IMG/VR virus record: IMGVR_UViG_3300007513_000004
Location: 1 to 64,000 of that record
Direction: 5' to 3' (one strand)
DNA: 64,000 nucleotides
Below the pieces are notes generated by a model. That model searched no databases. It saw only the letters and a list, made by a program, of their open reading frames with translations, and had not been told where the DNA came from. Positions within the stretch are counted from its first letter, which is position 1; each line of letters begins with the position of its first letter. A program made the translations under genes and the position numbers. Positions 37,631 to 46,679 of this stretch are shown piece after piece.

Positions 37631-37825
37631 TTAGAGGTTTTTCCAACTCCAAGGTTCGCCGTCCAGCTTTCGCTGAAGTCGAATTCTGAAGCCCAAAGCC
37701 TTATGCCCCGTCAACGGAGTCAATAACTCAATGGCATACTTGACCTCGTCCTCGGTTGCTTTTCGCAAAAGAGCATCGCGGGCAAAGCCATAAACGAATT
37801 TCCGGTGTTCTGGATTGTCAGGCAT
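37631..37825 (-). CDS. hypothetical protein
   Basis: ORF with GAGGA SD. Confidence 0.7.
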   Translation of the reverse strand: MPDNPEHRKFVYGFARDALLRKATEDEVKYAIELLTPLTGHKALGFRIRLQRKLDGEPWSWKNL

Positions 37826-37887
37826 GTGTGTGTCCTCAAGTTAGGTGGCGAGGGCAGCGGGCGGAAAGTCCACCCGCCGCCTTTGTC

Positions 37888-38328
37888 TTACTCTTCGTCG
37901 GGAGAGCCGCCAGCAAGCTGACTACCCGCGTTCTCGACAGCATCAAGAGTGCTGCGGAGAAGTCCCACGACCTCTGCAAATTCACCGACTGGCATCTTGG
38001 CTGGCTTGGCACCCTTACCGGAACGAACCCGGAAGGAAATCACACCTTCGTCAGACTTGATAGTTCGGCGCACCGTTTCAGCGGCAGAAAGCAACTCTTG
38101 CTCGGCAGTCTCGGGGATGCCATTATCAACGTAGCTTTCCAATGTTTCAACGTAATCCCGATATTCCTCAACAGGAAGAATCTGGGCACCTGAACCCTTG
38201 CCGCGATTCGTGGCAAAGCTGACGACCGCTTGGCCGTCGTCGTCCAGAGAAACAGCCATTGTCTGACGAATCGTCTGGGCCGGAGACTCATTGTGCTCCG
38301 ATGCAAAAATGTTAGTTTTGTCGCTCAT
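37888..38328 (-). CDS. tandem-repeat protein, paralogue 3 of 3
   Basis: SFATNRGKGSG / SFRVRSGKGAK; two CATC promoters upstream (38385-38413, 38452-38480). Confidence 0.85.
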   Translation of the reverse strand: MSDKTNIFASEHNESPAQTIRQTMAVSLDDDGQAVVSFATNRGKGSGAQILPVEEYRDYVETLESYVDNGIPETAEQELLSAAETVRRTIKSDEGVISFRVRSGKGAKPAKMPVGEFAEVVGLLRSTLDAVENAGSQLAGGSPDEE

Positions 38329-38567
38329 TTATTCTACTCCATGCGGCATTTTTGGTTGATAGCTATATTGCTCGCCGCTACTGCGATATAGCCGATGCTA
38401 AAATGAAAATCGAAAATCTCTATCTCTTTCTCTTTCTTCTCTCTCTGCTACAAAGTAGTTGATGTTAAAATCAAATTGAAAAATTGCCAAATGTCAATCT
38501 TTTGCCCCGTCTGTTTTTGAATTCTGTTTTATCATCAGATACATAGAAACATAAGGAGTAAAGCAAT

Positions 38568-38810
38568 ATGTTCATCACAAAAACTTCAATGATTTCTGGC
38601 AGAACCAATACTCTTTGGGTTGAAGGCTTGACCCAGGATATGCTAAAGGCATGGGAAAACGGAGCCTTGATTCAAGACGCCTTGGCAGGAATTCCGCAGG
38701 AATTGCGAGAATTCGTAATGACTGGTGTCTCCCCTGACGAATGGAATAGAACATTCCCGGAAGAGGAAGAAGAGGAATGGGACGAAGATGATAAGAGCCT
38801 TCAGAACTAG
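38568..38810 (+). CDS. conserved-type phage hypothetical protein
   Basis: LIQDAL...REFVMTGV...EW; promoter 38517-38545; AAGGAG SD. Confidence 0.8.
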   Translation: MFITKTSMISGRTNTLWVEGLTQDMLKAWENGALIQDALAGIPQELREFVMTGVSPDEWNRTFPEEEEEEWDEDDKSLQN

Positions 38811-38919
38811 TAAAAGTTTTGCCCAGTGTAGGTTTGCTTCCTGATAAGAAAATATACCGAGAGGGCTGAAAATTTCAACTTTATTTTAGCATCAAATACA
38901 TTTAGACAGGAGAAAAGAA

Positions 38920-39249
38920 ATGGGACTTGACCAATATGGATTTGCCAGAAAAGGCGAAGAACAACTTGATATCGCCTACTGGAGAAAGCATGCCAACCTC
39001 GAAGGCTGGATGGCACGCCTTTATGTTGAAAGAGGTGGGGTAGAGGAAGAGTTCAACTGTACCGAACTACGACTTTTTGCAGATGACCTTTTAGCGTTGG
39101 AACATCAATATCAAAATCTCACCCTTGCTTCTGGCTTCTTTTGGGGAGTCTCGGAAGAGGAAGACGATGCGACGACCAGAGCATTTATTGAAGATGCTAA
39201 ATCGTTGATGGCCGATGGATACGAAATCATTTACACCTCATGGTGGTAG
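38920..39249 (+). CDS. conserved-type phage hypothetical protein
   Basis: MGLDQY...YWRKHANLEGWM...FNC. Confidence 0.8.
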   Translation: MGLDQYGFARKGEEQLDIAYWRKHANLEGWMARLYVERGGVEEEFNCTELRLFADDLLALEHQYQNLTLASGFFWGVSEEEDDATTRAFIEDAKSLMADGYEIIYTSWW

Positions 39250-39258
39250 GAGAATAAA

Positions 39259-39450
39259 ATGGCAAGAGGAATCAACAGGGGCCATCAACGGCGAAGCGAA
39301 ATTGCAGAACGAGTAAAAGTTCTCGCAGAGGAAAGGGCCACGCGCACACCTGCGCAACAACTGGCCTTGCTGGATAAGCGGTTGGGCAAGGACACAGGCG
39401 CACGCAAGGAGCGTGCCAAGTTGACCGCCGAAATAGAATCTAAAAAGTAA
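39259..39450 (+). CDS. small basic protein
   Basis: TPAQQLALLDKRLG...GARKERAKL. Confidence 0.75.
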   Translation: MARGINRGHQRRSEIAERVKVLAEERATRTPAQQLALLDKRLGKDTGARKERAKLTAEIESKK

Positions 39451-39470
39451 ATCTTTTGCCCGGAGCCAGA

Positions 39471-39686
39471 ATGAACATCGAGATTTGTGTCGTGGACGTA
39501 GACGCGGCTTGTTATAATTCGCAAGCCTTGTGTGCTGCCGAGGCACAATTCCCCGGTGGGGCATGGAAGGCTTTTGGTCACCAAGAGGGTACGCCAGCAG
39601 AAAGCACAATTGTGCGTACGCATAGAATTTCGCTCGCTTATGGTCTGCCGAGCTGGGCCTATTGCTACTGGCGGGAGGTAGTTTAA
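39471..39686 (+). CDS. hypothetical protein
   Basis: ORF between two boxes. Confidence 0.55.
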   Translation: MNIEICVVDVDAACYNSQALCAAEAQFPGGAWKAFGHQEGTPAESTIVRTHRISLAYGLPSWAYCYWREVV

Positions 39687-39845
39687 AATTAAAGTTCAGG
39701 CCCAGGAATAATTTAATTTACTTTATTCAATATGTAAAGTTTTTGCACAAGTGCTTATGAATACATAATAATAATGAATATCATAAATAAAGCAATAGAA
39801 GAAAAAGCACCAGTTGCAATTATTACATTACACCATCTGATGAAT

Positions 39846-40136
39846 CTATGTATACTCATTTTCCTGCATCCTAATTTCAGCCATCGGCAGCCACCCGCTC
39901 CATGATTCTTTTTCACCTGGTCGTCCCCACCGAGATAAAGATACATTCTCTTCAAGCGAACGTACGCGTATCCACTTTGCACCACGAGTACAGAACGATG
40001 GTACGGTAGGCTCCTGCAGGATGATAAATCCCGAGCTCCCGTGCTCATGGATTTTATTCCTTGTACGTTGTGATACCTTCTTCCGATCTTGAATCGGAAA
40101 GATATTTATATGGTCGCCTATTTGAAATTCCATCAA
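39846..40136 (-). CDS. hypothetical protein
   Basis: ORF. Confidence 0.65.
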   Translation of the reverse strand: MMEFQIGDHINIFPIQDRKKVSQRTRNKIHEHGSSGFIILQEPTVPSFCTRGAKWIRVRSLEENVSLSRWGRPGEKESWSGWLPMAEIRMQENEYT

Positions 40137-40196
40137 TCACTCGAATCTGTGCTCATTATATTACCACATTCTGCACATTCGCGTATACAAGTTTCA

Positions 40197-40568
40197 TCAT
40201 GCCGGACCACCTTCCGAGCGTCCCTCGATAGGTTGCCGCTCCATCTGAATATCTCCAGAGCAGAGTCCGATGCAAACCTCCAGCATATTCATCCCGAGAG
40301 ATTCTGTATCAACCGGGATGCCCCAATTGCATTCCCGGTCTGGAATCCTCTCAACGAAGATGCCGCTATACTCAACGTTTCCCAAGATGGTAAATGTCGA
40401 CTCATGGCACTTTGGCACCGTAACGGTAACTCGCTCGCCGGATTCATCTTCCTTATCATAAGTAAGGCCGATTCGGGTCATTTGAAGTCTTGACTTTTTA
40501 AAGCCGAGCCTTTTCATGCGGCCAAAAAACTGTCGCCGTGTCATCGGTTTACCTGGGAGTGTTAGCAT
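40197..40568 (-). CDS. hypothetical protein
   Basis: ORF downstream of promoter 40714-40742. Confidence 0.65.
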   Translation of the reverse strand: MLTLPGKPMTRRQFFGRMKRLGFKKSRLQMTRIGLTYDKEDESGERVTVTVPKCHESTFTILGNVEYSGIFVERIPDRECNWGIPVDTESLGMNMLEVCIGLCSGDIQMERQPIEGRSEGGPA

Positions 40569-40792
40569 TTTTCTTTTCCTTTCGTTCAAATTCACGTTCA
40601 AATTCACGCTTGCGACGTTCTTTGATTTGAGCAAGCAGATGCTCCTGCCTGCTCCGGTCTGGCGCGTATACCACTCTAATTCCCCACATTTCCTGCCTCC
40701 ATGCTTACATATGAATGTAAGTGATGATAAAATGAAAATCAAAAATATATGTCAATTTATTGCCCGGAGGGCGGCTATAAGGAAAGCCAGAT

Positions 40793-41122
40793 TCATCGCC
40801 TAATCCTTTTTCGATGTTGAAGCCAAGAAATTCCTTCTTCATCGCAAATATACCTATATGTAGTCTTGGTATAAACCTGTCCAACCTTTATCTTTCCATC
40901 AACATGGTTGCGCCTGCAAGTATGTGTTGATGAGCAAACGAATCGTACCCAGTTGCCATCTTCCCATTCATATCCAGATTCTTGAAGCCAAGGCCTGCTG
41001 GACTCCGCAATAGCACCTTCGTCACAATCACACCCGCCCTCGCTCATGTGATACCGAGTACCACAATAACCACAGTTGGTATAATAGCATCCCCAATCGT
41101 CTGGCACATTATCATAAGACAT
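40793..41122 (-). CDS. Cys-rich hypothetical protein
   Basis: ORF with GGAG SD. Confidence 0.7.
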   Translation of the reverse strand: MSYDNVPDDWGCYYTNCGYCGTRYHMSEGGCDCDEGAIAESSRPWLQESGYEWEDGNWVRFVCSSTHTCRRNHVDGKIKVGQVYTKTTYRYICDEEGISWLQHRKRIRR

Positions 41123-41132
41123 CTTTACTCTC

Positions 41133-41708
41133 CTAAAACTTTGAAGGGAACATATTGATAGAGGCCTGCTTTCTCGTATCCACGAACACAACGCGACTCC
41201 TGCATCCTCGACAGATATGGCCATTGGGCCTCTTTGGCATACGAACCTTCCAGCCCTCGGCGGCACAACCAGTGCAAGTCCACTTGACTTTCTTTTCCTG
41301 CTTCCGACGCAGACCTTCCGTATTGTAGTTATGACAACGATGGTTCTTATACTCTCCGGTGATGTTAGTCATCATCTGCTGGAAACGTCGGGTATGACCC
41401 TTTTCGTTATACTTGTGAACCAAGAAGGCATGAACCATTTCGTGAATCAGAGTTCTCTCAATCTTAGCAAGGTCATAGCCCTCATTTCGAAACAACTTAT
41501 CGGACAGGTCAATCTTGGTAGGCTCAAGATTTTGGCCTCTCGCATAACGGTTGGCAAAAGTTTCGACAAGCCCGCTTCGCTTGTAACGGCAGTAGCCTGC
41601 CGTAGTGGTCATACGGTTATTCCATACGACCGGGATATCGGGAATCTCGCTATTGAAATGCTCATCATTCAATCGGATAAACATTGCTCTGATGTTGGGT
41701 CTGGTCAT
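41133..41708 (-). CDS. SprT-like Zn metalloprotease with C-terminal Zn ribbon
   Basis: WNNRMTTTAG...LIHEMVH...GH...F; CTGC...CRGC; promoter 41727-41755. Confidence 0.88.
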   Translation of the reverse strand: MTRPNIRAMFIRLNDEHFNSEIPDIPVVWNNRMTTTAGYCRYKRSGLVETFANRYARGQNLEPTKIDLSDKLFRNEGYDLAKIERTLIHEMVHAFLVHKYNEKGHTRRFQQMMTNITGEYKNHRCHNYNTEGLRRKQEKKVKWTCTGCAAEGWKVRMPKRPNGHICRGCRSRVVFVDTRKQASINMFPSKF

Positions 41709-41795
41709 GGTTTTCTCCCTTGTTACAAAGTAACTGATGGAAAAATGAAAATGAAAAAAGGCGCAAAACTTTTGCCCAACAATTTAAAAGCAAGC

Positions 41796-41829
41796 TGGCA
41801 TAGTTCTTGCTAATGCAAGAATCGTGCCA
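41796..41829. promoter_or_regulatory. head-to-head pair of sigma54 consensus sites
   Basis: TGGCAT-AGTTC-TTGCT (+) and TGGCAC-GATTC-TTGCA (-). Confidence 0.7.
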
Positions 41830-42032
41830 ATTAAATATGTTAAAGTTTTGCCCGGCAAAGTGTAGGGGCAGGCCCTACACCCAACCCCCTTACTCTTCCC
41901 TGCTACCTTTAGGATGGCACCAGGGTCGAACCACTAATGGTAGTTGCCAAATCTACACGGGGCCTCCCCGAGGCTGGAACTGAACCAGCTTCACCATTAG
42001 CGCACTTCTCGGGCCGACCGGCAGCCCTTGTC

Positions 42033-42428
42033 TTATTCTTCGGAAGAAGACTCTTCCATGGCCTTCCACATCTTAGCTTGCAGTCGTTTTGAGTTTGGAA
42101 ACCGCATTGCCTCAAGTTGTGCTAACTCCAGCTTTACCTCTGGAGTCGCATCGACCTCGCCATCAAAAATGGCGAGATGCAGGTCGGCAGCTTCTTTGCT
42201 CATCGGACTATGCTCTTGAGCTTTGCCATTGATATACATGATTGGAGCTTCACCTTGAAACATCTCAAGAAAGCCAACAAGCTGTCTCCTATGTGCTGCC
42301 TTCTTTTCTTCAGGCGACATAGCTTCATATTCCGCATCCCGCCTGTGCTGCTCAGCAGTCTTCGCCACAGGCTCTGTTCCTTTCCAGTCTTTCTTTTTAC
42401 TCACACACTCTCCTTTGTTGTTGTGCAA
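42033..42428 (-). CDS. hypothetical protein (true start probably GTG about 42403)
   Basis: AAGGAG SD inside the annotated ORF. Confidence 0.7.
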   Translation of the reverse strand: MHNNKGECVSKKKDWKGTEPVAKTAEQHRRDAEYEAMSPEEKKAAHRRQLVGFLEMFQGEAPIMYINGKAQEHSPMSKEAADLHLAIFDGEVDATPEVKLELAQLEAMRFPNSKRLQAKMWKAMEESSSEE

Positions 42429-42665
42429 AAGTTTTTCATATTGTGATTAGGGTTGATGACTCTTCTTATAGAAGAATGAAACAGTGCGGCTTGCCCACGT
42501 CCTTTGCCATCTTTGGGTTCGAATCCCTTTGCTTGCGCGCAAGCAGGAAGAGCCCCTAGCTCCTCCCTTTGTATGAAAAAGTCGGCAGAGTATTGTCCCC
42601 CCGCTCTGCCAGCGGTCGATACGTCGATCTATACAAATGTAGTTGATGATAAAATGAAAATGAAA

Positions 42666-43001
42666 TTAGATAGACAATTCCATCCAAGCATATTCGTGTT
42701 CATCCGCTTCCAAGATACACATGTCTTCCTCGTCGTCAACAAGATTATCAGAAAGACGAGGATATGCGTAAATAATAGGATTAGGAGGTGAGGTTGGATC
42801 TCCAAGACGACGAGTAACAGAAAGACCCGCCACAAAAGTACCAACGGTAGATGCTGCCATATAATGAAAATCACGAAGATCGACAGGACCATCGGCCTCC
42901 ATAAGAGCCAAAATATCTGCTAAAGCGACTTGAACGCTATTAGCTGCACGAGATGCTTCCTCGGTCCAAGCATCCTCTCCTTCAAATAGACGACGAGCCA
43001 T
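42666..43001 (-). CDS. hypothetical protein
   Basis: ORF. Confidence 0.65.
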   Translation of the reverse strand: MARRLFEGEDAWTEEASRAANSVQVALADILALMEADGPVDLRDFHYMAASTVGTFVAGLSVTRRLGDPTSPPNPIIYAYPRLSDNLVDDEEDMCILEADEHEYAWMELSI

Positions 43002-43341
43002 TTTCTTCTTCCTCTTCTTCCTCATCCGCCCAAACGAATGGATTGGTTGTGTCAAGTTCGCTGTTTGCAACGAACGCTATAAATTCCGCTACTTGGTCTG
43101 GGGTTAGCCAGCCCTTAACTTGGTCGCCACCACAGTTGTGCCATTCTCCATCACTGTTCCATGCAGCAACCTCAACGCTCTTTGCTCCCCAATCATCGAC
43201 TCCCATCGGTGCATCAAAAGGCGCATTGCGTCCGCGCTCATCCGTGGGCTCGCAATAGTTGCTCGGCCCCCACTGAACGGAAACGGTATTCCCATTCGCA
43301 AAAGAAATCTGAAAGCCTTTGTTGCCCATTGCTCTAAACAT
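42982..43341 (-). CDS. conserved-type phage hypothetical protein
   Basis: GFQISFANGNTVSVQWG..NYC; promoter 43362-43390. Confidence 0.75.
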   Translation of the reverse strand: MFRAMGNKGFQISFANGNTVSVQWGPSNYCEPTDERGRNAPFDAPMGVDDWGAKSVEVAAWNSDGEWHNCGGDQVKGWLTPDQVAEFIAFVANSELDTTNPFVWADEEEEEEENGSSSI

Positions 43342-43646
43342 TTGTTGTCTCCCTATGTGACAATGTAACTGATGATAAAACAGAAATGAAATAATACCGT
43401 GCAAAAACTTAACATGTGTGTGCAAATCTTTTGCACGGTGGTGCAGCCTAACCCACCCTTTAGGCTGCACCGATTTTCTGCAGGGGGTAGGCCCCGTCAC
43501 ACATTACGCGCAGTTAAGATAATGCCAACCGAAGAAGACCAAGGCAGTCCAGGCTGCAACATCAATAGCTACCACAATCGGAAGCAGGGTCAAACGATGA
43601 GCTAAAACCCATTCAATAGCAGTAGTGCGCCACATAGTTTCCTCCA

Positions 43647-43967
43647 TTATCGGGGCCGACAAGGCCCCTGAGTGGTTCCGGCAGGTCGCGGAGACTTCTT
43701 CCAAAGTCGAAGCTCTGCCTGTTCCGGGGGCGGTGCAATCTCAAAGCCGGAAACGTGAAGCGCAAGGCCCACATGCTTTGAGGTTGTCTGGCTATAATAC
43801 TCGCCACCGCCTCGCGTGTAGTTGAAGACTCGACCAGATTGGCGGTCGCCAATCACAAGGTCATAGGACAAGAGATGCGAACCATCCGTAGTAAGCGACC
43901 CTCGACCATTCGAAGCCTTACTACCAGCAGCCCACGCTCTCACAACTTGTTCATTCGTCATTTTCAA
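43647..43967 (-). CDS. conserved-type phage hypothetical protein
   Basis: LLSY...YYSQTTSKHV; GGAGG SD; promoter 43989-44017. Confidence 0.75.
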   Translation of the reverse strand: MKMTNEQVVRAWAAGSKASNGRGSLTTDGSHLLSYDLVIGDRQSGRVFNYTRGGGEYYSQTTSKHVGLALHVSGFEIAPPPEQAELRLWKKSPRPAGTTQGPCRPR

Positions 43968-44188
43968 AACCCTCCAGGTTAGTACTCCTATGTAGCTGAT
44001 GATAAAACAGAGTTGAGATTTTTATGCAAATCTTTTGCCCAGGGCTAATTTGGTTTCTGTTTTATCATCAGCTACATAAAGACATAAGGAAAGGAACACT
44101 GTTCGCGCTGCCTCCCCATAGGGAATAAGGTGGCCGTCTGGAATCGAAAGATTAGGTTCCCAACCTTTTGACTCACAAAGGAGATTCA

Positions 44189-44446
44189 ATGTTCATCAGC
44201 GCAGAAAAGATTATTGAGCTAATTCAGGCCGCCAACGATTGTGTAGAGAGGTTGCCGGAAGCTGAACAGTGGATTCATGTTAGTGATATTGCCGCTACCC
44301 TTCAGAAGCTGATTGATGATGAAGAGGCAAGGTTGGAAACTTTGGCCGACCAATGGCACGGCGAGGAGTGGGTGGAAATCGACCTTGGGCGGGAACCAAC
44401 TGAAAAAGAGCTTGAAGTAGACTTTAACTGGCCTCATGGAGTATAA
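44189..44446 (+). CDS. hypothetical acidic protein
   Basis: AAGGAG SD; promoter 44050-44078. Confidence 0.75.
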   Translation: MFISAEKIIELIQAANDCVERLPEAEQWIHVSDIAATLQKLIDDEEARLETLADQWHGEEWVEIDLGREPTEKELEVDFNWPHGV

Positions 44447-44454
44447 GACTTTTT

Positions 44455-44530
44455 GGGTCCATAGCTCAACAGGCAGAGCGCCGGACTTTTAATCCGTAGG
44501 TTCAGGGTTCGAGTCCCTGTGGACTCACCA
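44455..44530 (+). tRNA. tRNA-Lys(TTT), second copy
   Basis: cloverleaf, loop CT-TTT-AA, CCA end. Confidence 0.95.
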
Positions 44531-44544
44531 TTTATCAAACTTTT

Positions 44545-44629
44545 GCCCGAGTGGTGGAATCGGTATACACAGCAGACTTAAAATCTGCCGCCTTTGGGCT
44601 TGCCGGTTCGAGTCCGGCCTCGGGTACCA
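44545..44629 (+). tRNA. tRNA-Leu(TAA)
   Basis: class II cloverleaf, loop CT-TAA-AA, CCA end. Confidence 0.95.
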
Positions 44630-44670
44630 AATAAATCAAATCCATTTTAACATCAATTACATTGAGTCAT

Positions 44671-44778
44671 GGGAGGGGAGAAGTAGAACGGCAAGGCCTC
44701 CAGGCGATGAGCCAACCGCTAAATGCGGCATACGGCGTCCGCCCTAAACCAATTGCTGCGCTATTGCTTCCCCCTCCC
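44671..44778 (+). ncRNA. candidate 108-nt structured small RNA
   Basis: own promoter 44635-44663; 15-bp terminal stem with one bulge; U-tract follows. Confidence 0.7.
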
Positions 44779-44808
44779 TTTTTCTTTCACCAACCAGGAA
44801 TAAATCAA

Positions 44809-44988
44809 ATGGGAAATAAAGCACAACGACAGAACCAGCACGTTCGTCGCATCAACAGCAAAATCCGCAAGTTCGAAAAGCGGGGCTGGTCTACGGCGGG
44901 GCTGGAAAAGGAGCTTGGCTTTATGCTGGGCGAGGACCGCCCTTCCTTCAAAACTGGGCGAGATGCTCGCCCAGCAGACAAGGAATAA
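44809..44988 (+). CDS. small basic protein (paralogue of 17693-17884)
   Basis: KAQRQNQHVRRINSKIRKFEKRG.STAGLEKELG. Confidence 0.8.
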   Translation: MGNKAQRQNQHVRRINSKIRKFEKRGWSTAGLEKELGFMLGEDRPSFKTGRDARPADKE

Positions 44989-44993
44989 AACAA

Positions 44994-45010
44994 CCGGGGC
45001 TTTGCCCCGG
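44994..45010 (+). terminator. intrinsic terminator
   Basis: CCGGGGC-TTT-GCCCCGG followed by a T-rich tail. Confidence 0.7.
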
Positions 45011-45049
45011 GCCTTTCTTTATCTTAAATGTCAAACTTTTGCCCGAGGG

Positions 45050-45343
45050 CTACCGAGGGAGTACCCATATATCATCGGATGAAGGATCTCCATATTGTGT
45101 ACACACGCACTTGGATCGAGTAACAGACTCCATCCTTGTTCCAAGATCATCGCACGATTGTTTACATTGAGTTATCGTAGCTTCCTTCAAATTGCAATTT
45201 GACATAAGCATCCCAGCGGTGACCGTGAGGCAAATATAGAATACAGATTTGCTGATTGCTCCAGTTACGGAGATTATCAACTGTCTGTCCGTGTCTGCAT
45301 GCTTATCCATTCCTTCCTTCCTTATACTCTCCATGAAACCCAC
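45050..45343 (-). CDS. membrane-anchored Cys-containing protein
   Basis: TM plus three-Cys ectodomain; stop abuts a box. Confidence 0.65.
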   Translation of the reverse strand: MGFMESIRKEGMDKHADTDRQLIISVTGAISKSVFYICLTVTAGMLMSNCNLKEATITQCKQSCDDLGTRMESVTRSKCVCTQYGDPSSDDIWVLPR

Positions 45344-45992
45344 AACAGTGAAAGTTTATTCCTTTAATCTGCCAATCCTGCAAAACATGATGGTGACCAA
45401 AATACCAATCCACAGGCGCATGGTCACAATAGTCCATGACATTCTGGAGATTTTTGGGGGTGGGATTGGTGTTTCGGTTGAGTCTGTCAATCTCCACACA
45501 AATTGGCGCATCATGGGTTACCACAATTTCTGGCTTCGCCATTTCCATTGACTCGAAGAATGTGTTGAATTCTGCGGCGGAGGGACTTTCCTCGGCCCAC
45601 CAAGAAACTCCTTCGACTCGATGTGCCCGGTCTGTCGATTCGGCACCTCCGAAGAAAATATGCGACTTTCCATCGAGGTCGATAGCCGAACCACGGATGA
45701 CATAAAAGCAGCCTGGCGCCAACTCCACGGTTTTGTCGGAATCTTGGGCCGCCTGCAATTCAAGCCATTTAGTCCAATTTTCATGATTTCCACCGCAGGT
45801 ATACCACGCCGGGCCGGCTCGGCCTTGCCTCTCCCTCTTTGCAAAATACTTTGCGATTGGGCAATTGCTGGCCCAAAGAGCCCCAAAGTCTCCGACTTGA
45901 ACCACAATATCAACACCTGCTGCAATAGCAGCCCGGTCAATTGCAGCAACGTCATCAACCCTGCCATGAATATCGCCAACGTAAAAAATCAC
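45303..45992 (-). CDS. calcineurin-like metallophosphoesterase
   Basis: GDIHG, GDFG, GNHE, THDAP, GHHH; promoter 46008-46036. Confidence 0.9.
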   Translation of the reverse strand: MIFYVGDIHGRVDDVAAIDRAAIAAGVDIVVQVGDFGALWASNCPIAKYFAKRERQGRAGPAWYTCGGNHENWTKWLELQAAQDSDKTVELAPGCFYVIRGSAIDLDGKSHIFFGGAESTDRAHRVEGVSWWAEESPSAAEFNTFFESMEMAKPEIVVTHDAPICVEIDRLNRNTNPTPKNLQNVMDYCDHAPVDWYFGHHHVLQDWQIKGINFHCCGFHGEYKEGRNG

Positions 45993-46101
45993 TCTGCCTC
46001 CTGTTATATGGTAACCGATGGATAAATAGAAATCAAAAAGAAATGTAAAAGTTTTGCCCGGGCTTATTTCAAATCTGTTTGAGCATCGGTTACTTTACGA
46101 T

Positions 46102-46395
46102 ATGGAAAAGAACATTCAGACTTTGGTGGAGTTGTGGCGGGATGCCGAGGCCAGGAAGTTGGAGGCCGACCGTAACGAGTTTGGTGCCAAGATGGAGGTT
46201 CGACGGGCTTTGTCCAAGTCTCTTGGAAGCTACACTGAACCGGGAACCAGTGGCGTTGGAATCTGCGCTGCGGCCATCGATATTGGTCATTGGGCCTGTG
46301 AAACGAGCCCTGTCGCGGTCTGCGTCTATGATGATTGGTCCGACCCGATTCATGACAACTGCCTTTACTGCAACAACCCAGAGGAACGAAAATGA
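46102..46395 (+). CDS. hypothetical protein with C-terminal Cys/His motif (probably leaderless mRNA)
   Basis: promoter 46068-46096, ATG 5 nt after the -10; C..SP..VCVYD..DP.HD.CL.C..PEERK. Confidence 0.7.
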   Translation: MEKNIQTLVELWRDAEARKLEADRNEFGAKMEVRRALSKSLGSYTEPGTSGVGICAAAIDIGHWACETSPVAVCVYDDWSDPIHDNCLYCNNPEERK

Positions 46396-46679
46396 CTTGG
46401 AAAGCCTTTCTTAAATCAAAACTGCGCGAGCGGTCCATCAGTAATCAGACAGTATATATTTCTGTCTTTGTAGCATTCTTCGCCGGGTGGGTCGTGGGAT
46501 AGGCATTTTAATGCCAATAATAAAAACTAAATTATTTACGTCCCCGCCAGCCAATCGTGGGACTGCTCCTTCCAAATTACGAACGCGAATTATAAAATCC
46601 TTTAGCGCAAACCGCCGGGCAAAAAGTTGACATTTATAATAAAAAGAGGCTGCCGAGGCAGCCTCGATATTTAGGCAAT

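Noticed and set aside
42515-42527. GGGTTCGAATCCC as part of a tRNA
   Set aside because: Only a 3-bp T-stem; no acceptor, D or anticodon arms could be folded around it
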